The notes below the pieces were generated by a model. That model made no database searches, was not told the origin of the DNA, and saw only the letters and a program-made list of their open reading frames with translations. Made by a program: the position numbers and the translations under genes. A stretch of 64,000 bases of DNA from Chrysomallon squamiferum (taxonomy: Eukaryota > Animalia > Mollusca): contig CM022672.1 in the NCBI GenBank assembly GCA_012295275.1, forward strand, positions 34,224,001 through 34,288,000, given 5' to 3'. The first letter of the stretch is position 1, and each line of letters starts with the position of its first letter. Positions 59,036 to 64,000 of the stretch are shown one piece after another.

Positions 59036-59083
<48 letters not shown>

Positions 59084-59125
59084 TCTTTTACATTTTTATT
59101 TTTAATTTTTCCCCTTAAACCTCAC

Positions 59126-59900
59126 CAGAAGTTAAATGTTCTAAGTGTGTTCTTGATTATGACCTAGAACGTTTGCAAGTTTAAAAGTCCGAACAAGAGC
59201 AATAAAACTCGCTCATCATTAACTAGCAGACGGCCAATCAACGCTTCGCGCGCCCCGCTTCCTCCGAACAACGCCGGAATATAGCGACCCCAGGCTCCGC
59301 GCTTCTGTCTTCATTGCGGCACTTCTACTTAAAGCAATATGTCACAGATTTCAAAAGAAAAAGTGTCACAAGTCAATAAAAATCCAAAACAAGTAAAGCA
59401 TTTGATGGAACTGGGAAACAAGAAATAGCTCTTCAGGGTCTCGTAGTACAAAACACGTAGACCACAAATATCTGCGAGCCTTGATCAATCATTCACTTAA
59501 TGACAAACAAGGGAGCTGAAATTTAATTTGTTCTAATTTGGTTTGATTCATTTAATTGGCTGTTCAATCACCGGGAAATGGCTAATTTGTTTGTCTCCAT
59601 TCATAACAGTCTTCAATCGGACCCGAAGGACCGTTATAACTCGCCGTTCGGTTATGGAAATTCTAGATAACGCTATAACGGCCTGTGATCTGGCGCGTTG
59701 TCTCACGTGCAGGGCGCGCGGCCCGGATGGCGTTAATTATGCCCATTACATGGCCGTATCTGATCGATCGGAAATCTCGCGAGACTCTCGCAGTCGCTTC
59801 TTGTTCTCGCGAGAGCTATGAGGATACCTATTGTAATGATGGGAAGAAGCGATATCTGTACATTAGCATCGTGATTTCAAATCAATCATTCAAATCCGCA
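59126..59900. promoter_or_regulatory. CpG-island-like promoter/enhancer with two TCTCGCGAGA palindromes
   Basis: Highest CpG density by eye; TCTCGCGAGA at 59775-59784 and 59805-59814; TAAT-rich block at 59500-59590; possible minus-strand donor CTG|gtgagg at 59126. Confidence 0.55.
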
Positions 59901-60124
59901 AATAAACGTAATACGAATATATCTTCTGAATTATCAGACGAATTCAAATGGCGGCAAAGAAGACTCTTGTGATACGATGTCAAAAAACTGTAATAAATTC
60001 AAAACTAATCTTCAATTTGTTAAAAAAAAATAAAATAAAATAAAAATAAAAAAAACGAAGAAGAAGAAGACACAGAAAAAGAAAACAAAAATTGACTGGC
60101 GTAAAATAATATGAATGAAATATT

Positions 60125-60480
60125 TTTATTTACAGAATATTGATCCATATCGCTTTGTTACTTATAGAATATCTGATAATAAAATATTAATCGATACTTG
60201 TAGAAGATCTGATAATAAATACTAACTGATGATATGTGTTAGGAACTTATAGACTATCTGATAGCAACTATTAATCGAGATATGGTTAACTCTTTAATTC
60301 AATCAGATGGTAAATATTAACCGATATATGTTAGTTGCTTATAGAATATCTGACAGTAAATATTTAACAATGTATTCGTTACTTACAGAATACCTAAAAC
60401 TTATCGATATATATTGCATTTTAGGTTACTTATAGAATATCTTGTAATAAATCTTATTCGATATATGTTATATACTTCAG
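60125..60480. repeat. Degenerate minisatellite of roughly 40-60 bp
   Basis: Recurrent GTTACTTATAGAATATCTGATA...ATATTAATCGATA. Confidence 0.75.
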
Positions 60481-60617
60481 ATTAGCTGATCTTTAAAACA
60501 GCTGAAACCAGCTTCGTAGCTAATGAATTAACCTAGTGGTTTATGATATGGTTGTTATTGTTGTGATTATTATTATTTTTATTGTTGTTGTTGTTGATAT
60601 TGTTCTTGTTCTTGTTC

Positions 60618-60664
<47 letters not shown>

Positions 60665-60666
60665 TA

Positions 60667-60726
<60 letters not shown>

Positions 60727-60898
60727 TATTATTAATTTATTTATTTATTTTATTTTTTTATTTTTTTATTTTTTGTATATTACTGTGCAATATATTGTAT
60801 TGTTATGAAGTCAGTATGTCTACGTACTTTAATACTAATTGTGGATGGCGTTTTAAGTCATAAACACCGTCATAATTCGACGCGAATAATGTGAGTGA

Positions 60899-61022
<124 letters not shown>

Positions 61023-61417
61023 GTTAGCTATGGATACACTTTTAAAAGACAATGCCTCGACACGATTCTAATACAATAACAACAATTTAAAAAAAAAAAA
61101 TATATATATAAAACGTCCTATCTTAGCCATAGCGCCAGCCAAACCGCCGTCCGAAGTGTTATAGAATGTTCGCTGTTTAATAAGTGTGTTTTATTCCATG
61201 TTAATAATATCTGTAGCTAGTTATCTCCGACTGCAGGCCAAACGACCCTCTCGAGGTAGCTGGTAAGTATCAGTGTGGTCTACGTCGGTGAATGTAAATT
61301 AACTTAAAGAAGTGCTTCAGGCTTTTAATATGACGACCGACAACTGCGTGTGAATCAATATGAATTAATGGTGGAATTTTTCATTAAGTAATTTGTGATA
61401 AATACACCCACAGGCTT

Positions 61418-61463
<46 letters not shown>

Positions 61464-61684
61464 ACGCACACAGGCGCATACGTACACACATACAAAACAA
61501 CCACTGATGGAAGAATTATATTTAACCTGTATATGATTAAGGCAACTAAGATCACTTGAATAATGCGTATGCTTTTGAATCATTCAGATTTCGAAGTCTG
61601 TATGGGTGTCTTTGCGCACACAGACACACACACAGACCCTATAAACGATAGGAAGATAGATTTAAAAAAATAAAAAATAAAAAT

Positions 61685-61715
61685 ATGTATATATATATAT
61701 GTATGTGTGTGTGTA

Positions 61716-61749
<34 letters not shown>

Positions 61750-61765
61750 ATGATATGTGTATGTA

Positions 61766-61802
<37 letters not shown>

Positions 61803-61941
61803 TGATATGTGTATGTGTGTGTGTGGGACTCTGTATATATATATATAGATAGATATGTGTGTGTGTGTGTGTGTGTGTATATGTATATATATATTGATAT
61901 GTATGTGTGTGTCTGTGTATATATATATATATATATTGATA

Positions 61942-61982
<41 letters not shown>

Positions 61983-61993
61983 TGATATGTGTA

Positions 61994-62028
<35 letters not shown>

Positions 62029-62030
62029 TG

Positions 62031-62084
<54 letters not shown>

Positions 62085-62119
62085 TGATATGTGTATGTGT
62101 GTGTGTGTGTGTATTGATA

Positions 62120-62152
<33 letters not shown>

Positions 62153-62190
62153 TGATATGTGTGTGTGTGTGTGTATATATTATATGTGTA

Positions 62191-62231
<41 letters not shown>

Positions 62232-62272
62232 TGATATGTGTATGTGTGTGTGTGTGGGACTCTGTATATATA
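61685..62272. repeat. Compound (TG)n(TA)n-TTGATA repeat array
   Basis: Repeated ATTGATATGTGT...ATATAT modules; GGGACTCTGTATAT occurs twice. Confidence 0.9.
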
Positions 62273-62600
62273 AAGGTAAATGTCAGTTTCTTTGGAGTCT
62301 TGATCTTCGTCCAACGATTATTTATTTTAACATTTAATAAATGTATAGATTAGTAAAGATAATCGAACAGTCATCATCAGTATAAAGCTGTTGAAAAACA
62401 ATAATAACAATATAAAAAATAAAAACAAAATAAAAAATAAAAATAAAATAAAAAATAAAATAAAATAAAACAGAAACAATGTTTTGCATCTAAAGCGTAA
62501 TTTCATATTATCAAATTTATTTATTTACATAACAATAACAATAACAATAATAATAATAATAATAATAATAACAATAATTATAATAATAATTAACAATAAT

Positions 62601-62699
<99 letters not shown>

Positions 62700-63559
62700 A
62701 ATAAAATAAATAAGCTTAAAATCGCTAATTGGTCCTTCGGCCCATAGAATAAAAGAAAAAGAAAAAAGAAAACGAATTTTAATGAGTAAACAATTTATTA
62801 GCGTCCACAATAAAAGCTATAAAATCAGTATAAGATCATTTTAGGATATTCTCGATTTTTCCACTGGGAGTGATGATAAATAAACTATTGAACGGCTAAC
62901 ACAGAACTTAGAAAAGAAGTTATATAGATATCTAATATGTATTTAAAAGAAATAAATGCAAAATTAATGTTTGGTTTCAAATTAATTCTTCAAAGGACTG
63001 AACAAAAACAGTATATTTTTTTCTAATTGTTTCTGAATCACATTTTAGTGACAAAGGAAGTGATTACGTCTTTGATGGAAACTGCTTCGTCATTATTCTT
63101 TTCGTGTCACATTCGCTTATTTATTTATTTATTTATTTATTTATTTTAAATAATTCATTGATTTTTAAAACAGCATTATATGTAAAATGATATCACAACT
63201 TGCTTAACGCTGCATGACATTAGGAATTCATTTAAAAATAAATCAGTTTAAAACTTTCAATGAAAAAGATTTTACTTATTGATTCAGTTCTCGGATTTTT
63301 CGCTAATAATCTACAGACACGAACGACACGAATGACAAACACGCCTAATAATTCTGTATTTTATAAAGAAACTGATGTGAAGAAATTAGAGGGTAAAGAA
63401 TCGAAATATGTATATATATGTTTTATATAGTGAATGCAGAAAAATATATTTAATGTTAAAGTGTGGACAATATCATTTTTTTCTTTATCTGATTAATCAA
63501 GTTTTCTTATTTTACATAATGACATAATATATTTTTTGACTGCTTTTTCTTCTTTTATA

Positions 63560-63611
<52 letters not shown>

Positions 63612-63848
63612 ATTAAAAAAAAAATATAATTAATTATATTTTTTATTAATGTTTATTCATTTATTTTTTAATATTTATTTATTATTATTATTATTAGTAG
63701 TAGTAGTAGTAGTAGTAGTAATAGTTGTTGTTGTTATTGGTGGTGGTGGTGGTGATGGTGTTGTTGTTGTGGTTATAACAGTAATATTTTATTTTCTTTT
63801 CGTTTTCTTTTCTGATAACCATTCATAAATCCACACTTCCTTACACTG

Positions 63849-63897
<49 letters not shown>

Positions 63898-64000
63898 GTA
63901 ACCAACAGAAACACGCTGTTTACGTATTAACAACCATTTTGTCTAACACTTTACTTGTACATATCGATCGAACGCACCCCGGATATGTAGATATTTAAAA

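Noticed and set aside
59543-59972. Two plus-strand ORFs in the CpG island
   Set aside because: Non-ATG starts and no recognisable homology; long open frames are expected in GC-richer sequence.
63852-63893. Poly-T as a retroelement tail
   Set aside because: No target-site duplication or element body is visible, and poly-T runs are common in this window.

Overview
AT-rich, microsatellite-dense animal genomic DNA with spliceosomal introns. It is probably a mollusc/gastropod, which is an inference from repeat style. Almost all ORFs in the supplied track are simple-repeat artefacts. Reading splice sites by hand gives two minus-strand genes. (1) A complete 9-exon, 375-aa rhomboid intramembrane serine protease of the RHBDL1/2/3 type (CDS 49069->35612), with an N-terminal EF-hand, WR motif, GASGG catalytic Ser, AHIGG catalytic His and a 24-nt microexon. 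(2) The 5' part of an unidentified gene that runs off the left edge. It has two phase-compatible coding exons (11543-11449, 282-153), at least two alternative first coding exons (19355-19278, 16507-16439) and a CpG-rich, CRE-containing promoter near 26 kb. Also present: a 232-bp Tc1/mariner deletion derivative, Tigger-like and SINE-like remnants, several minisatellites, and a CpG-rich region with two TCTCGCGAGA motifs near 59.8 kb. The most unusual observation is a set of tandem duplications straddling exon/intron junctions in both genes, which create identical decoy splice sites leading to premature stops. I found no prokaryotic-type system such as a CRISPR array or operon, and no new biological system can be established from sequence alone.
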